DNA of 39,743 nucleotides from Thermodesulfovibrionales bacterium (lineage in GTDB: Bacteria > Nitrospirota > Thermodesulfovibrionia > Thermodesulfovibrionales > SM23-35), in the NCBI GenBank assembly GCA_963715195.1, contig CAVQRT010000016.1:1-39743 (forward strand). The letters run 5' to 3'. This document shows positions 19,637 through 28,618 of the stretch, in pieces (position 1 is the stretch's first letter; the number at the start of each line of letters is the position of its first letter). A program made the position numbers and the translations under genes. The notes beneath the pieces are model-generated. The model did no database searches. It saw only the letters and a program-made list of their open reading frames with translations, and had not been told where the DNA came from.

Positions 19637-19775
19637 TAGATACCCACGGGCAAGCCCGTGGTACTTTAACGGAGTACAAGCTTCGCTTGACCGGCTCCGC
19701 CGGAAAGCCTCCGCTTCGCTCCGGGACGCATTCACCCACGGGTAAACACCGTGGAACTCTGCGGTGGATTAGATA
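19637..19775. mobile_element. Non-autonomous palindrome-ended mini-element (IS200/IS605 or REP-like)
   Basis: GC-rich island in AT-rich DNA; related hairpins CCACGGGCAAGCCCGTGG (19644-19661) and CCACGGGTAAACACCGTGG (19736-19754); TAGATA at both edges. Confidence 0.65.
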
Positions 19776-19815
19776 AGAAAGACGATTTAATTAAAGTGTG
19801 GAGAGGAGGTACAAA

Positions 19816-20316
19816 ATGAAGGTTATTGCTTTCTTGTTGTTTCTATTTATGCTCCTTACGGGAGGGCTAATTAATGCTGCAATAGCAAAAAAACCTGATC
19901 CAGCAAAACAATGTATCCGAGGAGCGGCAAAAGATTATCAGGAATGCAGGAGACAGTGCCAAGCTGATTTCAAAGAAGCTAAGGAAGTCTGTCGCGACGT
20001 TTCTCACTCTTGTGCATTAGCTTGTGCAGAAAGTTTAGACCAGTGTGAAGAAGTTCCGCTGACAACATTGGAATTCTGCAAGAATGCTTGCAACTCACAG
20101 CTTGATGCCGCGAAAGAAAATTGTCGTTCTCAGTATAACAGAGGGACCGAGGAACTTGATGTTTGTATTGATCAGGCACAGGTTAATGCTTTCTTGTGCC
20201 GAGATGAGTGTAGGGAAGGCGTAAGCAATCAAATGCAGCAATGTCGTACGGCATTTCGCAACTGTATTAGCGCTTGTCAAGCATCACAGGACGACGACGA
20301 AGACGACGATAACTAA
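19816..20316 (+). CDS. Secreted cysteine-rich helical protein (16 Cys) with acidic tail
   Basis: AGGAGGT RBS, signal peptide, regular C-x10-C-x3-C-x10-C spacing, C-terminal DDDEDDDN. Confidence 0.85.
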   Translation: MKVIAFLLFLFMLLTGGLINAAIAKKPDPAKQCIRGAAKDYQECRRQCQADFKEAKEVCRDVSHSCALACAESLDQCEEVPLTTLEFCKNACNSQLDAAKENCRSQYNRGTEELDVCIDQAQVNAFLCRDECREGVSNQMQQCRTAFRNCISACQASQDDDEDDDN

Positions 20317-20356
20317 AAAGATACTTTTTCGTATATTCATTGGTGATCCGGATTTA

Positions 20357-20401
20357 AAAAGGGCGGGTCTTTCTTTCACGGGGAGCATTTTCCTGCCCTT
20401 T
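20357..20401 (+). terminator. Probable intrinsic terminator
   Basis: AAAGGGCGGG ... CCTGCCCTTT stem 40 nt after the stop codon. Confidence 0.5.
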
Positions 20402-20524
20402 ATTGTTGTAGTCATCCATTTGAGAGCAAACGTTTTTTATTCTCTGTGTTGGAACTGAGATAGATATGGATGACTGGATTGTGAAATTAGTAATCTATCC
20501 GAAACTCAGGGAGAGAGTTATTTT

Positions 20525-21253
20525 GTGATAAGAAATCGCCTGTTATTACTTCTTGTGTTTTCTCTATACATCGTTTCTTTTACAACTGTTTCTCAAGCAG
20601 CTGTTTCAATCTTAGATAGCTTTGACCGGTCTGACGGTCCTATCAATGGGAATTGGACAAACCAGGGAGGTACCTTCAATATTATCAATAATGCTGCACA
20701 AGGCGGTGACTACGCAATTGCCACTTTTAATGGAATATCAAGCAATATACTTGAGGCAGACATCGAGGCTACAGGTAGCGGCGTACAATATGTAGCCTTG
20801 GTACTCGGATATCATGATGTAAATACCAATTATTTTATCAAAGCACAGGACGATGACGGCGGCACTCCTGATTTCAACAGACTCTATTGTTATTATGGAA
20901 ATAATAGGCACCTTCCCATATGGAGTGATGATTCTTTTTCCCTTAGCCCATCTTTTACCTCTGCACACATGAGGGTTGAGTACAATCCTGACATCCACGA
21001 TATAACAATCACTTTCTCTAATATCGACGGTGGTTCTAATACGCAACAGTATATTTGCCCTGATGCTCCACTGACAGGAGGTAGCGGTATCGGCATTGGC
21101 TCCTATAATATTAGCCGAGGAAGAATTGATAACTTCGCTGCTGACCTCCCTTCGGTTTCTGTTCCCACCTTGACAGAATGGGGAATGATAGTCTTTATAG
21201 TATTTGCAGGTTTCGGTGCCATATATCATCTGAGAAAATCTAGAAAAGCATAA
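20525..21253 (+). CDS. Secreted beta-rich protein with IPTL-CTERM sorting signal
   Basis: Signal peptide; C-terminal VPTLTEWGMIVF + TM + basic tail LRKSRKA. Confidence 0.85.
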   Translation: MIRNRLLLLLVFSLYIVSFTTVSQAAVSILDSFDRSDGPINGNWTNQGGTFNIINNAAQGGDYAIATFNGISSNILEADIEATGSGVQYVALVLGYHDVNTNYFIKAQDDDGGTPDFNRLYCYYGNNRHLPIWSDDSFSLSPSFTSAHMRVEYNPDIHDITITFSNIDGGSNTQQYICPDAPLTGGSGIGIGSYNISRGRIDNFAADLPSVSVPTLTEWGMIVFIVFAGFGAIYHLRKSRKA

Positions 21254-21431
21254 ATTCTATAGCGAATTGTCAGAGTGAGTGCATTCCCTTTTGATATGTC
21301 GGTTATAAACCGTAATATTTGATACTGCAACTTATCTGACACTGAGGACTTGTAGGTGTCGTCGAGAAAAATGGTATGTTGCCTTCGGGATAAAAGACGC
21401 ACGATCCTGCATTAAGGCCATTATGGCAAAT

Positions 21432-21600
21432 GTTCTTCCTGAAAGTGAGATTTCCACAATAAGCTTTCCAGCAACAGATTACTTCTGAAAATCAACACCC
21501 TTACACCAACAATTGGCAAAAATATTTTCCGAAGAGCAATATGACCAAGAAAAAAAGCAATAATCGCATAGACATTCTATTGATTTCCGACAATAATATA
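21432..21600. repeat. Diverged intergenic repeat, copy B (partner 19465-19630)
   Basis: Same conserved blocks as copy A, at offset 1967. Confidence 0.85.
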
Positions 21601-21762
21601 ATGACTTGCCAATATCAGAAGCAGATCCAGTAATTTACTTTGTATTGTCGTGTATTAGGAATATCGATTTTTTGTCTAAAGGGGAAAGGAGGTGACATGC
21701 GAAGCAGTTCAACCGCAATCATTTATATTAACAACGTGGTTATTCTTTAAAGGAGGAAGCAA

Positions 21763-22476
21763 ATGAAAAAGACAGTTGTTCTACTTTTGATTTTCACTGC
21801 AATGATGTACACGGCAGTCTGCCCAAGCTATGCCCGTGATCCTGCCCCGGCATCCGTACTCCAACTGTTGAATGAGATCAAGGCACAGATTACCTCAGGT
21901 CAGCAACAACTTGAGGGACTTCCGGCAAAGGTCGATGCGTTAACGACAAAAGTTGATACATTGACGACGAAAGTTGATAGCCTAACAACAAAGGTCGATG
22001 AGCTTTCGGGCAAGTTCGATGCGGGACTCACGGTCACGGTCACGCCCAAAAGCTACTATCTTACTAATAATCCTGTAGAGGCAGACGATGTTGACTCAGC
22101 TTGTGATCCAGGTTTCCACATGGCCAGTTATTGGGAAATCCTGGATACAACCACATTGTATTATGACCAGGAAGCGAGCAGATCGTATCTGTCTCAACCT
22201 GACCAGGGCAGTGGTCCTCCGTCGGACATAGCTGGATGGGTTCGCACCGGAAATGCATCAAATGCTGGAGACACCGCCGGCACAGCCAACTGCAACAATT
22301 GGACTAGCACAGAACATGATGAATATGGCACAGTTGTTCGACTCCTCGAGGTGTGGAAGCGTGAAGTACCTATAGATACAACAAACCGTTTCACCGAGTT
22401 CGCTCCTCCTTGGTGGTTACCTGGCGTTGCCTATTGCGATGCCACTTCTGTTCGAGTCTGGTGTGTCCAAGACTAA
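21763..22476 (+). CDS. Secreted protein with heptad coiled-coil stalk and Cys/Trp-rich C-type-lectin-like head
   Basis: Signal peptide; four KVDxLTT-type heptads; ACDPGFHMAS, GWVRTG, NCNNWTS, VWCVQD. Confidence 0.75.
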   Translation: MKKTVVLLLIFTAMMYTAVCPSYARDPAPASVLQLLNEIKAQITSGQQQLEGLPAKVDALTTKVDTLTTKVDSLTTKVDELSGKFDAGLTVTVTPKSYYLTNNPVEADDVDSACDPGFHMASYWEILDTTTLYYDQEASRSYLSQPDQGSGPPSDIAGWVRTGNASNAGDTAGTANCNNWTSTEHDEYGTVVRLLEVWKREVPIDTTNRFTEFAPPWWLPGVAYCDATSVRVWCVQD

Positions 22477-22489
22477 TTAGCCGAAAAAG

Positions 22490-22516
22490 AGGGGAGGTCA
22501 TAGGGCTTCCCCTTTT
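22490..22516 (+). terminator. Intrinsic terminator
   Basis: AGGGGAG/TTCCCCT stem plus T-run directly after the stop codon. Confidence 0.6.
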
Positions 22517-22855
22517 CCCCTCATAAAGTTGGACCGCTTTATTTGCCCTATCGCTCCACTGCTATTCCACGTCCTTATTCATGCTTCCTTTCTATCCGCA
22601 ACTGCTAATATTCAGGATCATATCCTATTGAACATTAGTAGTAAAGCCCTCGAAAATGCTATGTTCACTTCGGAGCGAAAGCCGCAAGCCCTCCATATGG
22701 TCTTTCAAAGGCAAGCATCCTTCCTCCCACGCTTGAATAAGGCATATAATGAGAGTGCTGATTATTACCCGCATTATGCAATTTGAGAATGATATAATGA
22801 GTCTCGTGGATAAAGTTCCAAGAGAATATAGAATATTTGCAAGAAAAACCATCCA

Positions 22856-23401
22856 CTAAAACTTATGTAATTTTTCCCCAAGGTCCTTTATTTCCTTAAA
22901 TATCTTCGATACCAAGGTATCCCTGTTCTCTTGTTTCACTTGAAATAACTTTACGTCATCCCTTTTCTTTATGTCTGCGATCATGCCACTTCCTTTCAGC
23001 GCTATCGTCGCAACGAGCAGTTTATCAGAGTCGAGGATGTCCTCTACGAGGGACCTAAATTTTCCGGAAAAGCACTCCATCTTTCCGATCTCGTCAATGA
23101 TGACAATGGACGTAGTCGGATCAAGGAGAGAAATGGAATCCAGAAAGGTTTCGAACCTCTCAACATCAACGCCATACTTGGAAACCCTGCACGGACTTTT
23201 AATATCTACATGAGAAAGGATGCCTTTTCTTCCGTCGAGGCTTATCAGTTCAAAACCTTTACGAATACCTGTTACTCTTATCTCCGTCGTATAAAAACCG
23301 GAGGGATGTAAATCCTTCAACTCTTCGGCCAGCTTCTTTATAAACGTTGTCTTTCCTATGCCAGGCTGACCTGTGATGAGGATGTTCTTTTTTCTGTTCA
23401 T
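22856..23401 (-). CDS. Nucleoside-triphosphatase, THEP1/NTPase_1 family
   Basis: Walker A GQPGIGKTT, GFYTTEIR, VSKYGV, IIDEIGKME. Confidence 0.9.
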   Translation of the reverse strand: MNRKKNILITGQPGIGKTTFIKKLAEELKDLHPSGFYTTEIRVTGIRKGFELISLDGRKGILSHVDIKSPCRVSKYGVDVERFETFLDSISLLDPTTSIVIIDEIGKMECFSGKFRSLVEDILDSDKLLVATIALKGSGMIADIKKRDDVKLFQVKQENRDTLVSKIFKEIKDLGEKLHKF

Positions 23402-23512
23402 ATCCTAATTTACAAAAATTTCCTCTTCTAAGGTAATTTCATTTCAAATGAAGACGTTTGATTATGTTGCATGCTGTGGACATCGCGACCTGTTACAATA
23501 CTTCTATTCACA

Positions 23513-23869
23513 ATGGTTTATAAAGTGCTTGCAGATATAGTTGTCTGTGTACATTTTTTGTGGATACTTTTCTTAATATTCGGCGTATTTTGGGGAACAA
23601 GAAATCTAATGGTAAAGGTTATCCATATTTTCGCATTGGCCTTTGCTATCTTCATACAGGCATTCAATTGGTATTGTCCTTTAACTCATCTTGAGGCTTG
23701 GCTTAGAGCGAAACACGACCCAACCTTGTCGTATACAGGTTCATTCATTGCTCACTATGTAGAGAAGATCGCATATATTGAGCTCCCCCCCGCCTTAATT
23801 TTCGTTTTGAGCATTTTCTTGGTGGGAATTAGTTCATGGCTGTATCTGAAAAGGAAGAGTCCAAGATAA
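23513..23869 (+). CDS. DUF2784-family membrane protein
   Basis: LADIVVCVHFLWILF and CPLTHLEAWLR...Y.GSFIAHYVE signature. Confidence 0.85.
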   Translation: MVYKVLADIVVCVHFLWILFLIFGVFWGTRNLMVKVIHIFALAFAIFIQAFNWYCPLTHLEAWLRAKHDPTLSYTGSFIAHYVEKIAYIELPPALIFVLSIFLVGISSWLYLKRKSPR

Positions 23870-23943
23870 TTTTCTTCCTGGGACACTTCTACCTTTGACT
23901 TCTAAGAAAGATGTCATTTCAAATGCCATTGAATGAAAAAAGG

Positions 23944-23972
23944 TTGACAAATGAAACGCATCTTCTTAGCAT
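23944..23972 (+). promoter_or_regulatory. Sigma70-type promoter
   Basis: TTGACA-17-TAGCAT. Confidence 0.6.
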
Positions 23973-24110
23973 ACGGATAATTCGGGGGGGCAAGCTATTC
24001 GATTAAAACCTTTTCTTAGAGTGTAACATCTTATAACGTATTGGACTACCTATACCATTAACCTAAAATCTCAACAGTGGGAGGAAAGTTTGGGGGGTTA
24101 AGGAAAGATA

Positions 24111-24157
24111 GCTGAACTAACCAAGGATAACCTTCGGATAAGTTCGGCCTTTTTTTT
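24111..24157 (+). terminator. Intrinsic terminator inside the leader of the cNMP kinase gene
   Basis: GCTGAACT/AGTTCGGC stem followed by 8 T, ending 65 nt before ATG 24223. Confidence 0.6.
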
Positions 24158-24222
24158 GTAGGAATGAGGAAAGAATGAAAAAGCTGAGCATTATTGGTTT
24201 TAAGATTCTGTAAGAAGGGCAC

Positions 24223-25344
24223 ATGAACAGTAAGAATGAAGCAGAATATTGGTTTTCTCAGAGTTCCTTCTTCTCAGATATACTCGAGAAGGTCATGCAA
24301 GAGTTTGCTCTCATTGGTGAGGAGAAAACCATACCAGCACATACTCGCATCTTTCAGCAGGGAGACCCAGCAGATAGCTTTTATATTATCAACTCCGGCA
24401 GTGTCAGAATAGTGAGAAAATGTGATGACGGGCTGGAAACTGAATTAAGAAAGCTAGGGCCAAGTGACAGTTTTGGTGAAGTGGCTCTTCTAACTGGTGC
24501 CCCCCGATCCGCAAGTGTTGAGACACTTGAAAACTCTCATCTTCTAGTCATTTCAAGAGAACGATTCATTCAAATGCTCAAGGACAATCCAAATATTTCA
24601 ACCTTCTTTTTAAAACAATTTTCTAACTGGATTATTCAGACTGATTCAATCATTGAACGATCTGAGGAGGAACTAAGAAAATCGTATGAACGTTTACATA
24701 TGCTTTCTTTACGTATTGCTGAGATTGAAGAAGCTGAGAGACAAAAGTTGGCTAGAGAACTGCATGACGAAGTAGGGTCAAAATTAACTGCTCTGAGTAT
24801 AAATTTAGACTTCTTAGTTGAGCAGTTATCAGATGAATCAAAAAAAGTAATGGTTTCAAGGTTGCATGACTCTAAGATTTTAATTAAGGAGACAATGAAG
24901 ATCATTAGAAGTACAATGGCTAATCTTCGCCCATTAATCCTTGATGATAATGGCTTGATAGCAGCAATATATGGATACATCGAGAAATTTTCTAAACGTA
25001 CGAGAATACCTGTCATCTTTGAAGGAAAAGAAATTAAAGTACGCTTCCCATCGAATATTGAGACTAATCTGTTCCGTATTATCCAAGAGTCATTGACCAA
25101 CATAGCTAAGCATGCCCATGCAAGTAAAGTCACATTAACATTAAAAGAAGTTGAAGGAAAGATAACACTTACTATTACTGATGATGGTATCGGTTTTAAC
25201 CCTGCTGATATCGACAAAGTAGGTTATAACAAAGGGTTAGGACTAATTGGTATGAGAGAACGCACCGAGGCTTTAGGTGGAAACATAAGTGTATCCTCTT
25301 CACCAGGAAAAGGAACAAAGGTTATAATTGAGGTCAAGAGATAA
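24223..25344 (+). CDS. Cytoplasmic sensor histidine kinase: cNMP-binding domain + HisKA_3 + HATPase (NarX/UhpB type)
   Basis: IFQQGDPADSFY, FGEVALL..PRSASV; ERQKLARELHDEVG; QESLTNIAKHA, DDGIGF, GLGLIGMRER. Confidence 0.92.
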   Translation: MNSKNEAEYWFSQSSFFSDILEKVMQEFALIGEEKTIPAHTRIFQQGDPADSFYIINSGSVRIVRKCDDGLETELRKLGPSDSFGEVALLTGAPRSASVETLENSHLLVISRERFIQMLKDNPNISTFFLKQFSNWIIQTDSIIERSEEELRKSYERLHMLSLRIAEIEEAERQKLARELHDEVGSKLTALSINLDFLVEQLSDESKKVMVSRLHDSKILIKETMKIIRSTMANLRPLILDDNGLIAAIYGYIEKFSKRTRIPVIFEGKEIKVRFPSNIETNLFRIIQESLTNIAKHAHASKVTLTLKEVEGKITLTITDDGIGFNPADIDKVGYNKGLGLIGMRERTEALGGNISVSSSPGKGTKVIIEVKR

Positions 25345-25471
25345 AATCCATGGCCACAAGCTATTTTGGGAGAATAAATATCTCGCCCTTTTATTTTATA
25401 TTTCTGCCTGACCTTACCCCGAATTGATGGACACACCTAAAGATTTGTAAGATGACAGAGGAGGTGTGTGA

Positions 25472-25774
25472 ATGGGGAAAGAGGATAAGCGCCGTCATTT
25501 TGCTCGTGAGTTCAAGAGAGACGCAGTACAGCTAGTCACGGAAAAGGGAATGCCAGTAGGCAAGGTAGCTCGAGATCTTGATATCCATCCGAATCTGCTT
25601 CATTTGTGGAGGAGGGAATTTCTGAAAGATGGTGAGAAGGCCTTTACAGGTAAGGGATGTGTTAAGCCGGAGAACGCGGAAATCAGGAAGCTTCGGAAGG
25701 AATTAGAACGGGCGAGGGAAGAGAGGGATATTTTAAAAAAAGCCTTGGCCGTATTCTCCAAACAAAACAGATGA
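25472..25774 (+). CDS. IS3 OrfA (HTH)
   Basis: EFKRDAV...VARDLDI...ERDILKKA; A7G -1 frameshift motif at 25735-25742. Confidence 0.92.
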   Translation: MGKEDKRRHFAREFKRDAVQLVTEKGMPVGKVARDLDIHPNLLHLWRREFLKDGEKAFTGKGCVKPENAEIRKLRKELERAREERDILKKALAVFSKQNR

Positions 25775-26628
25775 AGTATGAGTTTATGGAAGAACACAGA
25801 GAGACCTATAAGGTAAGAAGCATGTGCGAAGTACTGAAGGTATCCAGAAGTGGTTATTATGCGTGGAGTACTCGTCGGCCGAGCATACGACAGAAAGCCA
25901 ATGAGGAGTTGTTGCAACGCATACGGAAAGTTCACTGTCAAAATAGAAGGCTTTATGGAAGTCCGCGGATCGCGGCGGAACTGAATGACGATGGTGTCAG
26001 ATGTGGGAAAAACCGTGTGGCCAGGATCATGAAGGACCATTCCATAAGGGCAGATGTAAAGAAAAGGCGATTCAGGCGGACCACCGATTCACGGCATAAC
26101 TATGCCTTGGCTGCAAACTTGCTGATTGACCATCGACGGACAGAGGGGGTATGGGCCTCCGATATGACATATGTCCAGACATCAGAAGGATGGCTTTACG
26201 TGGCAGCAGTGATGAATGTGCAAAGCAGAAAGATCATTGGATTGACCATGAGCGATAAACTCTCACAGGATTTGGCTTCTGCAGCACTCAAGGATGCAGT
26301 TGGCAGACAAAGCCCTTCTGAAGGATTAATTCACCATTCTGATCGAGGTAGGCAGTATGCAAGCTATGCTTATCAGGAGCTTCTCGGAGAATACGGCATT
26401 ACCCCGAGCATGAGCAGAAGTGGCAATTGCTACGATAACGCTTATATGGAGTCGTTCTTTGGGACTCTCAAGACGGAATTGGTCCATGGTGAGCGTTACC
26501 GTTCAAGGCTGGAAGCGAGGCTTAGTATTTTTGAGTATGTAGAAGTGTTCTATAATCGTCAGAGGAGGCATTCTGCCTTAGGGTACAGGAGTCCAGAGCA
26601 GTATGAAAAACTCCTTAATGAAACTTAA
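25771..26628 (+). CDS. IS3 OrfB (integrase-like DDE)
   Basis: YGSPRI, WASDMTY, HHSDRGRQY, DNAYMESFFGTLKTE, YNRQRRHSALGY. Confidence 0.95.
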   Translation: MKYEFMEEHRETYKVRSMCEVLKVSRSGYYAWSTRRPSIRQKANEELLQRIRKVHCQNRRLYGSPRIAAELNDDGVRCGKNRVARIMKDHSIRADVKKRRFRRTTDSRHNYALAANLLIDHRRTEGVWASDMTYVQTSEGWLYVAAVMNVQSRKIIGLTMSDKLSQDLASAALKDAVGRQSPSEGLIHHSDRGRQYASYAYQELLGEYGITPSMSRSGNCYDNAYMESFFGTLKTELVHGERYRSRLEARLSIFEYVEVFYNRQRRHSALGYRSPEQYEKLLNET

Positions 26629-26714
26629 CTACGTGTCCACTTTTTCGGGGCAAGCTCAGCCGATAATCTTCAATTGTTGAAACCCTCTTAATGTGAGTAT
26701 TAGTAGTGCAGGAA

Positions 26715-26796
26715 AGACTCTAAAAACTATCAAACCAGCAGTTCGTCTTTTTCGCATTTGAGAGGCTTATTTTTATTGATTTTCATTTGAACGTCT
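26715..26796. repeat. 82-bp diverged intergenic repeat, copy A (partner 36166-36247)
   Basis: Ungapped match including ATCAAACCAGCA and ATTTTCATTTGAA. Confidence 0.75.
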
Positions 26797-27098
26797 CACA
26801 TCAGTTAAAGTAGCCGCTGTGTTTCTTTGATGAAGACATCTTTCATGTTTGTTTCCAAAGATAGTCTTGATTGGTCAAAAATGAAGTTGCCTGTGCATGT
26901 TTGAATAGGAAATAAACGATGTCGAAAAAATCCAGCGATACACATTTCTATGTGAAGGTCCTTAGAAGAGCAAACATAGTCCGCATAAATATTTTTTCCC
27001 ATATAGAACAAGCAAAGGCGTTCAGGAATCCAATAATAAACTTGACCCCGCAGCCTATTTATATTAAACTTTACTATTAATTAAACAGGTTTAATTTA

Positions 27099-27701
27099 AT
27101 GAACCGGCGTGAAGCATCGAAAAAAGAGACCAAGCGGCTTATAGTGAAAGCTGCGAGGATACTATTTGCCCAAAAGGGGATGGAAGATTGCACACTTAGG
27201 GAGATCGCGAAAAAAGCGGGCGTATCGCCGGCTTCTGTCGTAGTCCACTTTAAAAACAAGACTGGATTGCTCGAAGAGGCCTTGGGAAGTGACCTGGAAA
27301 AGACAGTCAACGACCTTATTGCTTCGATGCCAGACGGGACTATGTTTGATCGGGTTATGTATCTGTCGAAGGGGTTTTTCGCACTATACGAAACAAACAA
27401 GCACCTTTACAGGGCCCTAATCTGCCGGACCGTTTTCGAACCTGTCAGCGAGACCCCTCATATTACCCGCACCTCTGAGCAATACGTATCTCTCCTGTCC
27501 GGTATGATTGAGGCCGAGAAGAGACGAGGAACTGTAAAACCAACCATTGATTCGACTGTAGCAGCAATTTGCCTGTTTTCTCTATACATGGGAGCGCTCA
27601 TAATGTTTTTCCGCACGCCTGAAATGACCGTCAAACAGGTACTGGAATACCTTTCAGTAATGACACAACAGTATCTCGCCGGAATTATGAGCCGTGAATG
27701 A
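27099..27701 (+). CDS. TetR/AcrR-family transcriptional regulator
   Basis: AARILFAQKG..TLREIAKKAGVS..HFKNKTGL HTH. Confidence 0.92.
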   Translation: MNRREASKKETKRLIVKAARILFAQKGMEDCTLREIAKKAGVSPASVVVHFKNKTGLLEEALGSDLEKTVNDLIASMPDGTMFDRVMYLSKGFFALYETNKHLYRALICRTVFEPVSETPHITRTSEQYVSLLSGMIEAEKRRGTVKPTIDSTVAAICLFSLYMGALIMFFRTPEMTVKQVLEYLSVMTQQYLAGIMSRE

Positions 27702-27770
27702 AAAGTTTCAGCATACAACCTAAGAAGGCACTCGGAAGACCAGGTCTTGTAAGTGGTGTAGGAGGTTTCC

Positions 27771-28601
27771 TTGGGGAATGCATTTGAGCATTTCGGCCTT
27801 TTTCTTTCTCAGATTTTGTTCAGCATCATTACCCCTTTTCTGCTGATGCCCGAAATAGCTAAATTCCCCTTGACCCGTAAATTTGTCGTTTTTTTCTTCG
27901 GGAAGTCCTATCGCGGGAAGTATCAAAGTATTATTGATTCCTTTGGTGGCAAATATGGAACGGCAATGGATGCCGCGTTGGTGAAAGTCAAAGACATGGG
28001 GCATGAAATTGCAGTCATATTGGATTCAGGTACGGGGACAGGTTTTGTCGCTCGGCAGGCTGCAGGTTATTTCCCTCATTCCGCATTTATCGCAATCGAT
28101 TTGCTTCCTGAAATGTTGAAACAGGCGAGGCATAATTGCAGAGACATTGAGCATATTCTTCATATACAGGCTGATGTCTTTTCGCTGCCATTGGCAGATC
28201 AGACTGTAGACCTCATCCTTGCACAGAATACTATGCCATGTTTTTCGGAATATGCCAGAGTATGCCGTCCGGGAGGAGTGGTTATATACGTCGATACTGC
28301 TGCAGGTTGGATTGGAGATACAGCAAAGCGATTGATCGAGAAACAGAAACTATTCGAAACTGTCAGCGTGGGAAGAGTCGATTTGGGTTTCTACATAATT
28401 GCGCAGAAAGCCTCGAATGTATTTAATGCTGCAAATCAGCAAAAAGAAGGAAAACAGCAGGGTATAAAGTTATTTGAATTATTGCGCTGCCCATTGGATA
28501 AGAGCAGCCTCAGAATGGAAAATGGCCAGATCTTATGTGCTCGCGGGCATTATTACAATTTCGAAGACGACTTTCCTATCATGCTGGCGCATGAATATTA
28601 A
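27771..28601 (+). CDS. Class I SAM-dependent methyltransferase with C-terminal Trm112/RlmA-like zinc-ribbon module (start may be ATG 27698 if the G-run at ~27773 has an extra base)
   Basis: LDSGTGTG, IDL..EML, ADV..LPL, RVCRPGG; C-terminal LLRCPLDK...C..GH.Y....FPIML. Confidence 0.8.
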   Translation: MGNAFEHFGLFLSQILFSIITPFLLMPEIAKFPLTRKFVVFFFGKSYRGKYQSIIDSFGGKYGTAMDAALVKVKDMGHEIAVILDSGTGTGFVARQAAGYFPHSAFIAIDLLPEMLKQARHNCRDIEHILHIQADVFSLPLADQTVDLILAQNTMPCFSEYARVCRPGGVVIYVDTAAGWIGDTAKRLIEKQKLFETVSVGRVDLGFYIIAQKASNVFNAANQQKEGKQQGIKLFELLRCPLDKSSLRMENGQILCARGHYYNFEDDFPIMLAHEY

Positions 28602-28618
28602 GTAGGCAAGGAAGAAAT

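Larger units (their letters stand above)
25409..26658 (+). mobile_element. IS3-family insertion sequence, 1250 bp, 3-bp TSD GCC
   Basis: TG...CA ends with IRs TGACCTTACCCCGAATTGATGGACAC / GTGTCCACTTTTTCGGGGCAAGCTCA; GCC at 25406-25408 and 26659-26661. Confidence 0.95.

Noticed and set aside
21925..22005. 21-bp periodic repeats as a CRISPR or DNA repeat array
   Set aside because: They are degenerate codon-level heptad repeats within a CDS with no spacers; no CRISPR array or cas gene is visible in the window.
22529..22856. Short overlapping ORFs between the lectin-like gene and the NTPase
   Set aside because: No RBS or recognisable motif, and the frames conflict with each other.
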